From: Bdellovibrionota bacterium
GTDB taxonomy: Bacteria; Bdellovibrionota; UBA1018; UBA923
Direction of reading: 5' to 3'
Length of the DNA: 16,323 nt
Assembly (NCBI GenBank): GCA_040754655.1
Contig: JBFMCE010000089.1
Coordinates: forward strand, 1 to 16,323
In this document: positions 7,164-15,441 of the stretch, in pieces
Position numbering within the stretch: the first letter of the stretch is position 1
Layout: each line of letters starts with the position of its first letter
Notes under the pieces: model-generated
Seen by the model: the letters and a program-made list of their open reading frames with translations, nothing else
Databases searched by the model: none
Told to the model about the DNA's origin: nothing
Program-made: the position numbers and the translations under genes

Positions 7164-7976
7164 ATGAAACTAAAATGGGTCGCAATATTCACGATTCTGT
7201 CGAGCCTGACGGGTTCGTTTGCTTCTGCGGACGGTACCGTTAAGACGCTCAACGGCCACGAGTACAATCCTGAAAATGTTTATTATCGAGGAACTACGGG
7301 CTTGAATCTCGTCGGGCTGGCGGATTTAAAGAAACTGAAGACTCTCTTGGCGCCCATGGGGTACGACCCCGTTGAATTCGCTCCTGGGCAAGGTGCGGTG
7401 AACGTAGTGTTCCTGGACCACAAAGACGTCACTGGGTGCACCTGTCCTTCTTCGTTTACGGAGTATTACATCGGGGTTCTGATCAAACCGAGGATCAAAG
7501 GCTCGGAAAAGAGCTTTAATGTGGTCAGACTTTTTGAAGGCTCAAATCATGTGGTGCGCAGAGCTGTGATGTTGCAGAAGTTTGCAACGAACTCTCAGCT
7601 GGCTGACGTGAAGTTTAATTATCGCGAAAAAACGGCGCAGATCTTGCTCCCCGACGGCCAGAAAGTCATGGAGTTGAGAGTGAAATCCGATATGACTCCG
7701 GAAGGCAACACTGCTGCAGATGTGGTGTTTTATACACCGGGCGCCAAGGTAGGAGCTACTAAACTCAAGCGATCCTTTTACAGATTTCTCAGCATGGGCA
7801 CGAGCGTAAAAGGGCAGTTTAATCCACAAGTGGATAAGCTGACACTCTATGAATCAAAGACAGAACTTGGAAAGATCAGTCAATTTCTCAATCGGGTTGG
7901 ATTTACTCCTATCCAACCTGAATTCTATCATTCAATTGACATCGATCAGGCGAGACTCAAGAGCTTAAATTTCTAG
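7164..7976 (+). CDS. Secreted acetoacetate-decarboxylase (ADC)-like fold protein
   Basis: Signal peptide ending ASA|DG. 'ADLKKLKTLLAPMGYDPVEFAPGQGAVNVVFLDHKD...FTEYYIGVLI' matches the ADC-family N-terminal pattern. RBS-like AAGGTGG upstream. Confidence 0.65.
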   Translation: MKLKWVAIFTILSSLTGSFASADGTVKTLNGHEYNPENVYYRGTTGLNLVGLADLKKLKTLLAPMGYDPVEFAPGQGAVNVVFLDHKDVTGCTCPSSFTEYYIGVLIKPRIKGSEKSFNVVRLFEGSNHVVRRAVMLQKFATNSQLADVKFNYREKTAQILLPDGQKVMELRVKSDMTPEGNTAADVVFYTPGAKVGATKLKRSFYRFLSMGTSVKGQFNPQVDKLTLYESKTELGKISQFLNRVGFTPIQPEFYHSIDIDQARLKSLNF

Positions 7977-7989
7977 TTTGCTCACTCAA

Positions 7990-8035
7990 AAGCTGCCTCT
8001 TCTTTTTGGCTACGCCTAAGAAGAAGAGGCAGTTT
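7990..8035 (+). terminator. Long hairpin, probable intrinsic terminator
   Basis: CTGCCTCTTCTT (7993-8004) pairs with AAGAAGAGGCAG (8021-8032), with an inner GGC-TAC-GCC, 13 bp after the 7976 stop. The U-tail is short. Confidence 0.7.
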
Positions 8036-8197
8036 CGCTAAATGACGAGACGGTAGGAGTTGAAAAATTGAGGTGGTTTGAATGCCACTCAGTTTTAGGT
8101 TTTATAGGGTGAGAAAGAGGTGTGATGAGCGAGATCCAAAGAATTATCCAAAAGGGCTAGTTGGAATGTGTTATAACTTATTGTAATTATTGAATAT

Positions 8198-8226
8198 TTG
8201 ATTATTATCTCTAGACATACTAAAAT
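8198..8226 (+). promoter_or_regulatory. Putative sigma70 promoter for the esterase gene
   Basis: TTGATT (8198-8203), 17 nt spacer, TAAAAT (8221-8226), with AT-rich upstream DNA. Confidence 0.5.
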
Positions 8227-8268
8227 AGTAAAGTAATTGGGATCGTGGGACGTCTGGGGGTTTTAGTC

Positions 8269-9396
8269 ATGTCTTTTAAAACTAGGCCATCAATTTCATC
8301 TCTAGGTTCATCGCTACTTTTAAGTTTCATTTTGGCTGCATCTCTAACGGCTTGCAAAGTTCCGGGAGAGGGCGCCGAAGGCGGCGCTAGTGCATCAGGG
8401 GGAGGGTCTTCTTCAGGGACAAGTACTTCTGTACTGCCTGGGGTAACGCTTCCAAGTGCATCGCCAAGTCCGAGCCCATCACCAAGTCCTAGCCCTAGTC
8501 CAAGTGCATCGCCAAGTCCGAGCCCATCACCAAGCCCTAGTCCGGCACCAACGAATTACAGCGCAGCTTGCGGAATTCCTGCGAATCCAAGTACCGGGGT
8601 ATTAGATCGCACGATCACAGTTCAAGGAACGAATCGTCAATACCTCTTGTCTGTGCCGGCGAACTACAGCCCGAACACCCAGTACCGCCTGGTCTTTGGG
8701 TTTCACGGTTTCAGCTGGTCGCGGGATACGTTTCGCAACAACTTCGGCAACGAACAACATGCGACTGTACCAACAATATTTGTTTATCCACAGGGCTTGA
8801 ATGTCAATGTCGGAGGAATGACCAGCTATGGCTGGGATTTGGCTTCAAACTCAAGGGACTTTCCTTTCTTTGACGACCTTTACACCTACGTCGGCCAAAC
8901 CTATTGCATCAACCGTGATCAGGTCTTCGTGCATGGCAATAGCATGGGTGGTTTTTTCTCAAACCACCTGGCTTGTTACCGCAATAGCGTGATTCGAGCC
9001 ATCGCGACGACTTCAGCCGGGAACCCGTCGGTAGGATGCAATGTAACCATGCCTGTCTGGGCTTCTCACAGCGTCGATGACACTACGGTTTGCTATTACA
9101 ATCAGCCTCCGGCTGGCGGGCCGGCAATTCCCGGGGCGTGCAACAACGCGAGCTCGGTCACTGCGTGGGGACTCGATAACTTCAACCACTGGATCGCCCA
9201 AAATGGTTGCAACTCTTCGACGTTCACCGACGTTTCACCTGCGGGAACAGCAGCCAATACTTGTCGTCGTTTTGCTACGAACTGTTCAACGCGACCTGTT
9301 GTGCGTTGCTTGATGAACACCGGAGGCCACTGGCCGCCATCGTATGCGCCTCGTGAGATATCGTTGTTCTTCGATGGAATCGCGTCGGGGCAATAA
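8269..9396 (+). CDS. Lipoprotein alpha/beta-hydrolase esterase (CE1 feruloyl-esterase / PHB-depolymerase LpqC-like) with Ser/Pro linker
   Basis: ATG 8269 after GGGGG. Lipobox LTA|C (Cys codon 8353). G/S then (SP)n linker. Oxyanion 'FHG', 'IFVYPQG', nucleophile 'GNSMG', acid 'DDTTV', His 'GGHWP'. Confidence 0.88.
   Translation: MSFKTRPSISSLGSSLLLSFILAASLTACKVPGEGAEGGASASGGGSSSGTSTSVLPGVTLPSASPSPSPSPSPSPSPSASPSPSPSPSPSPAPTNYSAACGIPANPSTGVLDRTITVQGTNRQYLLSVPANYSPNTQYRLVFGFHGFSWSRDTFRNNFGNEQHATVPTIFVYPQGLNVNVGGMTSYGWDLASNSRDFPFFDDLYTYVGQTYCINRDQVFVHGNSMGGFFSNHLACYRNSVIRAIATTSAGNPSVGCNVTMPVWASHSVDDTTVCYYNQPPAGGPAIPGACNNASSVTAWGLDNFNHWIAQNGCNSSTFTDVSPAGTAANTCRRFATNCSTRPVVRCLMNTGGHWPPSYAPREISLFFDGIASGQ
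8451..8543 (+). repeat. 48-bp tandem duplication within the (Ser-Pro)n linker
   Basis: TCCAAGTGCATCGCCAAGTCCGAGCCCATCACCAAG is identical at 8451-8486 and 8499-8534. Confidence 0.9.
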
Positions 9397-9404
9397 GCAC
9401 CGTA

Positions 9405-9426
9405 GCTTAAGACACGCGTCTTAAGC
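9405..9426. terminator. Hairpin between convergent genes, candidate terminator
   Basis: Perfect 9-bp stem GCTTAAGAC-ACGC-GTCTTAAGC overlapping the VKOR stop, with a T-rich tract following on the + strand. Confidence 0.45.
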
Positions 9427-10750
9427 GCTTGTTCTTTTGGCCCTCTGATAGATGGTTTTTCTTTTTCTGAAATGGCTGCCATCTCGCGATGCGATCGTAT
9501 GAGCCGTAACTAAAAGCAACTTTTCCCATCGGAATGCTTAAGATCACAAGAAACATCCCTGTTACGGCATAACTCATGTTTCCAATCAGATTTCCGCCGT
9601 CAAGCAACCAGCTCGCTGCAAGCAACCATAGGCCTAAAATAGTATTTACGAACCGAAGTGGCCTCGCAACCTCCGACATCGCGATAATCGCGAAGGTGAC
9701 GACCAGCGCCCCGGCGAAGTGCCCATTGTGAGCCGCCAGATTCCGCAGCCCGAAGATGGATGGCATGAACATGAGCCATGCTCCCAGAAGAGTGCTGAGG
9801 ATTAAATTCAAAGGAACTCGGCTTTGTGGCTGCATATGGCTGCCGCGTGAAATTCGTGTCGGCGGGTTGGCTTCGATTGAGCTGTCGCCCAGCCAAAATG
9901 TTTTCCAGAGAGATTTTCCCTGAGCTTTGCTTTGCCGCAAAAATTGAAACGTGGCGACGACTTCGTCTATTGCCGGCGGGACCATGAAAAGCATGATCAA
10001 TGCGGTTGCTAGGCATAGCGTGCACCATGCGCCAACCGCTGTAGGTTGAAGGATGACAAGCGTAATGCTCGTTACCCCGGGCGGGATAATCATGACTCCA
10101 AAGAGCACTACCATCCAGGGCATGGTACGCCACCTGCGTTTGTCACCAACTCCGCCCGAGAGCGCGTCTAAGAGATACGAAAAGGCGCCTAGCCCGGCAT
10201 CTGATACCGGAAACGCCCGTGAGACGTCAGATTTTAATATGCGTTCCGTTCCATCACCGAAAAAAGGGTCCCACACCGCATCGATATGACCTAACTGAAA
10301 AGCTGCGAGATATTTGGCGATCAGAAAACCGGCAAACGCCAGCCCAATGATTGGCAAACGCTGGCTCCAGCTTGACGGATTGTACGACCATCCCCTCGGG
10401 ATATCTGACGCATCATGTGAGACGGCGCCAATGCCGGGTAAAATAGCGCTGCTTGCCAAGATTAACAAGCCTAGCAGCGTATCATTGGAATACTCTGCCG
10501 CGGTGGGCGCCCAAAAGACAAGAGGCGCGAGCACCAGCCAAATGCCGACTGAGCAAATGAGCCATCTTATCCAAGGCTTTTTCATGAAGAGCATCAAACT
10601 TGACAAGACAATCACTGAGAGGCCGCTAAAGATGTCGCTTCGCGCCAGTGTTTGGCTTCCGTAATTCATCATGAGTGGGTTTGATATCAACAAGACGGCC
10701 CACGCAATATTTAAGAACGCAGTCGCAGCGAGGTCGCTCTTCCTACTCAT
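9407..10750 (-). CDS. Vitamin K epoxide reductase (VKOR) family membrane protein with SPW repeats
   Basis: Multi-TM protein. 'PRGWSYNPSSWSQRLPI', 'WDPFFGDGTERILKSDVSRAFPVSDAGLG', redox motif 'WCTLC', and SPW-like repeats (GxWLxxxP) at both ends. Confidence 0.88.
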   Translation of the reverse strand: MSRKSDLAATAFLNIAWAVLLISNPLMMNYGSQTLARSDIFSGLSVIVLSSLMLFMKKPWIRWLICSVGIWLVLAPLVFWAPTAAEYSNDTLLGLLILASSAILPGIGAVSHDASDIPRGWSYNPSSWSQRLPIIGLAFAGFLIAKYLAAFQLGHIDAVWDPFFGDGTERILKSDVSRAFPVSDAGLGAFSYLLDALSGGVGDKRRWRTMPWMVVLFGVMIIPPGVTSITLVILQPTAVGAWCTLCLATALIMLFMVPPAIDEVVATFQFLRQSKAQGKSLWKTFWLGDSSIEANPPTRISRGSHMQPQSRVPLNLILSTLLGAWLMFMPSIFGLRNLAAHNGHFAGALVVTFAIIAMSEVARPLRFVNTILGLWLLAASWLLDGGNLIGNMSYAVTGMFLVILSIPMGKVAFSYGSYDRIARWQPFQKKKNHLSEGQKNKRLRRVS

Positions 10751-11994
10751 AGGTGCGATCCGACCATGGGTTTGATCGGCCGAATCGGAACAGGAGTGAT
10801 TAAGCCTTTTGCTCGGCTCTCAGGTTTCGCAGTGATAGGACGCCTTTTCAAGGTTTTGTAGGCTAGAAATCCTGCGAACGCCGCGACGATGAACCCGAGA
10901 TTCTTCGTCTGAAAGGCGCGCTTCGTTAGCCGAAATAGCTGGCCGGGCGGTTCTAGCTTGTTTTCTCGGTACCAGCGCGCTGAATCTTTTTTGAGGGCCT
11001 CGATCATCAAAGGAAGCGTTTTCCGCAATGAATGGCGCGGTTCCCAATTCAAGAGCTTGCGTGCTCGCTCTATGTTGATGTCGTAGTGGTCGTCAGCGAA
11101 ACTGATCATCCAAGGTTTGATGAAAGGCTCTCTCATCAGCGGTATTCTTTGGTGAATCGCCGCCCCGGCTTTCGCGATGATTTGCGGAATCCATAAGGTT
11201 TTCCAATCCTCGCCATGAATGAGGCAGCCAATTTCTTCTTGAAGGTCGTTAAAGCTCAAGGCGTCTGGTTCTCCCAATAGAATTGTGCATTCTTGTGGAA
11301 GCGCCTTTCGACGGTCAACGACTTTTTCAATGGCATCGACAAGATCGTCTAAGTGAAGGAAGGCCTGCCCGTGAGACGGATCGCCCGGAAAAAAATGAGA
11401 CGTCAGCTGCCTTTCGTAGATTCTCATGATGTGATTTGCAATCGGTATTGAGTTGCAGCGGTCTGTGTACACGCCGGCGATTCTTAGGTTCACGATAGGC
11501 ACGCGGCCGTGCGTTTCTCCGATCGACTCTTCTGCATCAACCTTTGATTGAGGATACGGCCACCGAGGATCAAGCGGAGAGCTCTCATTGATCTCTTTTC
11601 CCGGCGTTGTCGGCGCGTGAACCAGCATCGTGCTCGAGAAAATGAACTGCTCAAGCTCGAAACGTTTAAGCTCTCTCAATAACCGTTCCGTGCCCCGAAC
11701 CGTGATTTCATCGTATTTGGGATCTTCCTCGCCCGAGAAGCTGTAATAAGCGGCAAGGTGAATGGCGGAAGTTATTCGTTTGCCGTATTTTCGTTCAATC
11801 CTTCCTAAAGTTGCTCTTACGTTTTCGTCGGAAGTGATGTTGACTTCATAATAATCAACGTTCTCAATAGGTGATTTTGGTGTGTTTTTATCGAAACCGA
11901 CCACTTTGTGGCTTTTCGAAAGTTTCTTTGCCAAAGCGCTTCCAATGAGCCCGCTGCTACCTGTAATGATGATTGCATCACTTGAATTCGCCAT
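10747..11994 (-). CDS. NAD-dependent epimerase/dehydratase (extended SDR)
   Basis: TGSSGLIG Rossmann motif, HLAAYY, FSST, YPQSK (YxxxK), 'FLHLDDL'. C-terminal hydrophobic helix. ATGA overlap with VKOR. Confidence 0.93.
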   Translation of the reverse strand: MANSSDAIIITGSSGLIGSALAKKLSKSHKVVGFDKNTPKSPIENVDYYEVNITSDENVRATLGRIERKYGKRITSAIHLAAYYSFSGEEDPKYDEITVRGTERLLRELKRFELEQFIFSSTMLVHAPTTPGKEINESSPLDPRWPYPQSKVDAEESIGETHGRVPIVNLRIAGVYTDRCNSIPIANHIMRIYERQLTSHFFPGDPSHGQAFLHLDDLVDAIEKVVDRRKALPQECTILLGEPDALSFNDLQEEIGCLIHGEDWKTLWIPQIIAKAGAAIHQRIPLMREPFIKPWMISFADDHYDINIERARKLLNWEPRHSLRKTLPLMIEALKKDSARWYRENKLEPPGQLFRLTKRAFQTKNLGFIVAAFAGFLAYKTLKRRPITAKPESRAKGLITPVPIRPIKPMVGSHL

Positions 11995-12037
11995 AAATTG
12001 ATCCCTTGCGTTGTGAAGTTCTCAGGAAAACAGCTGC

Positions 12038-12053
12038 TGCAAAAGTTCGGCCA
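12038..12053 (-). promoter_or_regulatory. Putative sigma54 (-24/-12) promoter of the SDR-VKOR operon
   Basis: Minus strand TGGCCGAACTTTTGCA has exact GG-N10-GC spacing with TGGC and TTGCA cores, 43 bp upstream of ATG 11994. Confidence 0.6.
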
Positions 12054-12167
12054 CCAAAAAGTGAAATTGTGAAAGACGTCTGGCGAGGTTTCTTAGGTTT
12101 GAAAACTACAAGTCCTGTCTTGAATAAGAATCTAGACTGCGACCTTCATGTGCGTTAATCCAATGTC

Positions 12168-12725
12168 ATGGGCAAGATTTTTAAAGAGATTGATCCAACT
12201 CTCATTGACTTCATAAAGCGTCAGAAGATGTTTTTTGTCGCCACATCGCCGCTTTCAGCGGATGGCCACGTGAATCTTTCGCCCAAAGGCTTGGATACAT
12301 TTCGAGTGCTGGGTCCTCAATCGGTGTCTTATCTTGATCTGACGGGAAGTGGTGTTGAGACGATCGCTCATTTGAAAGAGAACGGGCGGATCACGATCAT
12401 GTTTTGCGCGTTTGAAGGTGCGCCACGAATTCTGCGTCTTTACGGCCGGGGGGAAGTGATTGAACCGAAGCATCCAGGGTTTTCAACCCTGCGCCAGTCA
12501 TTCGGCGAGCACTTGGGTGTTCGCGCGATCATTCGCGTCCTGGTGAGTCGCATCGCAGACTCGTGTGGATACGCTGTTCCGTTGTACGATTTTGTTGCTG
12601 AGCGAGATACTCTCACTAAATATTCCCAAAATAAGGGAGAAGAAGGTTTGTGCAAATATCGCAATGAACGCAATGCGAAGAGTTTAGACGGCCTTACGGG
12701 GCTTGAGCCTGTCAACGGTCGATAG
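12168..12725 (+). CDS. Pyridoxamine 5'-phosphate oxidase-like FMN-binding split-barrel protein
   Basis: 'QKMFFVATSP...VNLSPKG...YLDLTGSGVETIAHL.ENGRITIMFCAFEG.PRILRLYG...SCGYAVP'. Confidence 0.92.
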   Translation: MGKIFKEIDPTLIDFIKRQKMFFVATSPLSADGHVNLSPKGLDTFRVLGPQSVSYLDLTGSGVETIAHLKENGRITIMFCAFEGAPRILRLYGRGEVIEPKHPGFSTLRQSFGEHLGVRAIIRVLVSRIADSCGYAVPLYDFVAERDTLTKYSQNKGEEGLCKYRNERNAKSLDGLTGLEPVNGR

Positions 12726-12772
12726 GAACGGCGTATAATAGCCACGTGGCGGATTTCCCTTCAACGCATTCC

Positions 12773-13276
12773 TTAGACCAGGTTCGGTAAGCTTGGGTTT
12801 TGGAAGTAGTCATAGATGATGGAAGTTTCACAACGATCCACTTCGGGACGAGTCGCGAAGCGATCCACGATCAAGTCGCGCAGATGATGAGTATCACGCA
12901 CCGCAACTCGCACTAAGAGGTCGTTTGCGCCGCTGATGTGAGCGATTGAGATCACTTCGGGCAACTTTACCAAATGGCCATGAAGCATCTTGAATAAGTT
13001 CCTCGAGTGTTTCTTTAAACGAACTGCAATAAGGGCCTGAAGGCCTATGCCAAAGGCTGCCGGATCTACTTCTGCATAGAAGCTGCGAATCACTTTCTTT
13101 TTCTGTAAATAGCGAACTCTTTGGAGACAACTTGAGGGAGCCAATCCCACCTTTGCCGCCAATTCCTTATTCGAAAGACGAGCATTCTTTTGTAAAGATT
13201 GCATAATTTCGAAGTCGATTCGGTCTAGGTCGTTTTTTTGGAATGAATTTAGAATTTGATTCGTTTGTATTTTCAT
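12773..13276 (-). CDS. Lrp/AsnC family transcriptional regulator
   Basis: HTH 'LDRIDFEIMQSLQKNARLSNKELAAKVGLAPSSCLQRVRYL' plus RAM domain 'PEV...HISGANDLLVRV'. Start codon uncertain. Confidence 0.95.
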   Translation of the reverse strand: MKIQTNQILNSFQKNDLDRIDFEIMQSLQKNARLSNKELAAKVGLAPSSCLQRVRYLQKKKVIRSFYAEVDPAAFGIGLQALIAVRLKKHSRNLFKMLHGHLVKLPEVISIAHISGANDLLVRVAVRDTHHLRDLIVDRFATRPEVDRCETSIIYDYFQNPSLPNLV

Positions 13277-13324
13277 AAAACAGAACTTAATTTCTGATAA
13301 GCGGTATGTAAACGAATTTAAATG
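13252..13324. promoter_or_regulatory. Three phased Lrp/AsnC-like boxes in the divergent control region
   Basis: GAATTTGATTC (13252), GAACTTAATTT (13283) and GAATTTAAATG (13314) start exactly 31 bp apart. Confidence 0.45.
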
Positions 13325-13335
13325 TAGGAGGCCTC

Positions 13336-14799
13336 ATGCTTGTGCGTCGGCGAGTATACAGCGATATCGACTTTGATCCCTTAGGTCTTTCTAAGCCGGT
13401 GCGCTCTCGGCTTTGGCGACAAATTTGTGCCATCACAGAAGGTTACCATGAGCGGGTGCCTGAGCTGCCAGTGGCTCCGGAACTAGATCCTGGGGCTGTT
13501 CGTGATCTGCTGAAGAGAATCGATTTCAATGAGCCCATGGATCCTGCACAGGCAATGCAGTTCGCGGCCCATGGGCTTTCGCACTTTCAAACGCACGCGG
13601 CTCATCCCGGGTATTTTGGCTTATTCAATCCGTCCCCTACAGCTATGGGAATAGCGGCCGACGCTTTGGTCGCAGCTTTCAATCCGCAGGTTGGCTCTTG
13701 GAGCGGGGCTCCTTTTGCAGTAGAGGTCGAGCAGTATTTGATTCGATTCTTTGGCGGGCAGTTTGGATACGGCTCATCCGAGTCTTTTGGGACTTTTACT
13801 TCCGGTGGATCTGAGGCGAATCACACCGCGCTTTTGACCGCATTGGCTCGCAGGTTCCCTGAATTCAATAGCCATGGCGTTCGAGGCATTTCGTCGCAGC
13901 CAGTGATTTACGTATCAAAGGAGAGTCATCACACGCACCTTCGTGCGGCAAGGCTTTGCGGCCTAGGAGACAGCTCGATCAGGAGGATCCCGGTCGGACC
14001 TGATTTGCAGATGAATTCCGACGAGTTAAAACAACAGGTTTTTCGCGATCGGCGAGATGGCCTTATTCCGTTGATGGTTATCGCGACGGCTGGAACAACG
14101 AATGCCGGAGTGATTGATCCCATTGCCGAGACCGCGGAAATAGCAAAAGAGGCAGGCGCCTGGTTTCATTTGGATGCCGCATGGGGAGGCGCCGCGGCTC
14201 TCGTGCCCGAGCTCAAGTATTTGTTTAGAGGAGCCAATCGAGCTGATTCAATCACCTTCGACGCCCACAAGTGGCTCTCTGTGCCCATGGGCGCAGGCAT
14301 GTACTTGACCAGGCATCGCGATATCTTGGAAAAGACCTTTCGCATCAATACGCCCTATGTGCCGCAAGATGTCGCTTATTTGGATGTCGTCGAACCTTAT
14401 CAACAGTCGATCCAATGGTCGCGACGGTTCATCGGATTGAAGTTGTTTCTTTCTCTCGCCGTAGCTGGTCAACAAGGGTATGCCTCTGCACTGAGACATC
14501 AGATAAAAATGGCAAATGAACTCCGAGCGAAGTTGTATGCGTCAGGATGGAAGCTTATGAATGACACTCCGTTGCCTGTGGTGTGTTTTATCGATTCAAG
14601 AGCAGGGATTGGTTCGTCGAAAGGATCTCTCGATCGGATTGCGCGAATCGTGGTCGGCTCTGGAAAAGCGTGGATTTCAACGACGGTGATTGGAGAGGCT
14701 CAGCCAGTGTTGAGGGCTTGTGTTACAAACTACAAAACGGGCTCTGAGGACATTGATCGTCTCGTGAGTCTTTTGAATGAAGCAAGGGAACCAAGATGA
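13336..14799 (+). CDS. Group II PLP-dependent amino acid decarboxylase (aromatic-L-amino-acid/DAB decarboxylase family)
   Basis: AGGAGG RBS 13326-13331. 'HPGYFG', 'TSGGSEAN', 'TAGTTNAG.IDP', 'HLDAAWGG', PLP lysine in 'DAHKW', 'QWSRR'. Confidence 0.93.
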   Translation: MLVRRRVYSDIDFDPLGLSKPVRSRLWRQICAITEGYHERVPELPVAPELDPGAVRDLLKRIDFNEPMDPAQAMQFAAHGLSHFQTHAAHPGYFGLFNPSPTAMGIAADALVAAFNPQVGSWSGAPFAVEVEQYLIRFFGGQFGYGSSESFGTFTSGGSEANHTALLTALARRFPEFNSHGVRGISSQPVIYVSKESHHTHLRAARLCGLGDSSIRRIPVGPDLQMNSDELKQQVFRDRRDGLIPLMVIATAGTTNAGVIDPIAETAEIAKEAGAWFHLDAAWGGAAALVPELKYLFRGANRADSITFDAHKWLSVPMGAGMYLTRHRDILEKTFRINTPYVPQDVAYLDVVEPYQQSIQWSRRFIGLKLFLSLAVAGQQGYASALRHQIKMANELRAKLYASGWKLMNDTPLPVVCFIDSRAGIGSSKGSLDRIARIVVGSGKAWISTTVIGEAQPVLRACVTNYKTGSEDIDRLVSLLNEAREPR

Positions 14800-15422
14800 A
14801 TCTATCCGACAGTTATTCAAGAGTTGCTGATGAGTATGCGCGGCGCATTTTCGACGAGCTTGAATTTAAACCCAAAGATCGAGAGATTTTAAATCAGTTT
14901 TCGGCGCAAGTTTCTTCGAAAGGACGCATTTGCGATTTGGGGTGTGGGCCGGGCCATGTTTCCAAGTACCTACGTGAGCGCGGGCTTGATGTGTTTGGCG
15001 TTGACGTTTCAAGCGGGATGCTTGACCAAGCGCGACTCTTAAATCCCGAAATTGAATTCCAGCACATGGACATGAGCGCCCTTGATTTTAAGGATGGGTC
15101 TCTTGCGGGCGTGGTGGCGCTCTATTCCGTGATTCATATTCCTCGAGACGAGGTTGTTTCGGTGCTTACTGAAATCAGGCGCGTTTTGGCTGTGCAGGGA
15201 ACATTGCTTCTCTCTCACCACATTGGAAACCAAACTCTCCGTCTCGACGAGTGGTGGGGTAAGAAGGTGCATCTTGATTTCCTTTTTTTTGAAAGAAAAG
15301 AGATGGAAGGCTATTTAGAAAAAGCAGGCTTCGAAGTCCAGGCTTGTATTGAACGCGAACCCTATGGTCCGGAAGTAGAGGCACAGACGAGAAGAGCCTA
15401 CTACTTCGCCGTGGCGAAATAG
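14796..15422 (+). CDS. Class I SAM-dependent methyltransferase
   Basis: Motif I 'ICDLGCGPG', 'GVDVS', 'DM', 'YSVIH', 'RRVL...G'. ATGA overlap with the decarboxylase. Confidence 0.93.
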   Translation: MNLSDSYSRVADEYARRIFDELEFKPKDREILNQFSAQVSSKGRICDLGCGPGHVSKYLRERGLDVFGVDVSSGMLDQARLLNPEIEFQHMDMSALDFKDGSLAGVVALYSVIHIPRDEVVSVLTEIRRVLAVQGTLLLSHHIGNQTLRLDEWWGKKVHLDFLFFERKEMEGYLEKAGFEVQACIEREPYGPEVEAQTRRAYYFAVAK

Positions 15423-15441
15423 CAGGCTTTCTCAAATGATC

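Noticed and set aside
8125..8160. Mini-ORF MSEIQRIIQKG after GAGG
   Set aside because: Only 11 codons, short RBS spacing, and no attenuator or riboswitch structure that I could recognise.
12168..12725. pdxH supplying PLP to the nearby decarboxylase
   Set aside because: It belongs to the short PNPOx-like FMN-binding family without the PdxH C-terminal signature (EFWQG...RLHDR), and it is in a separate transcription unit.
12741..12750. Palindrome GCCACGTGGC between convergent genes
   Set aside because: Too short to form a stable stem-loop and no U-tract. Not supportable as a terminator.
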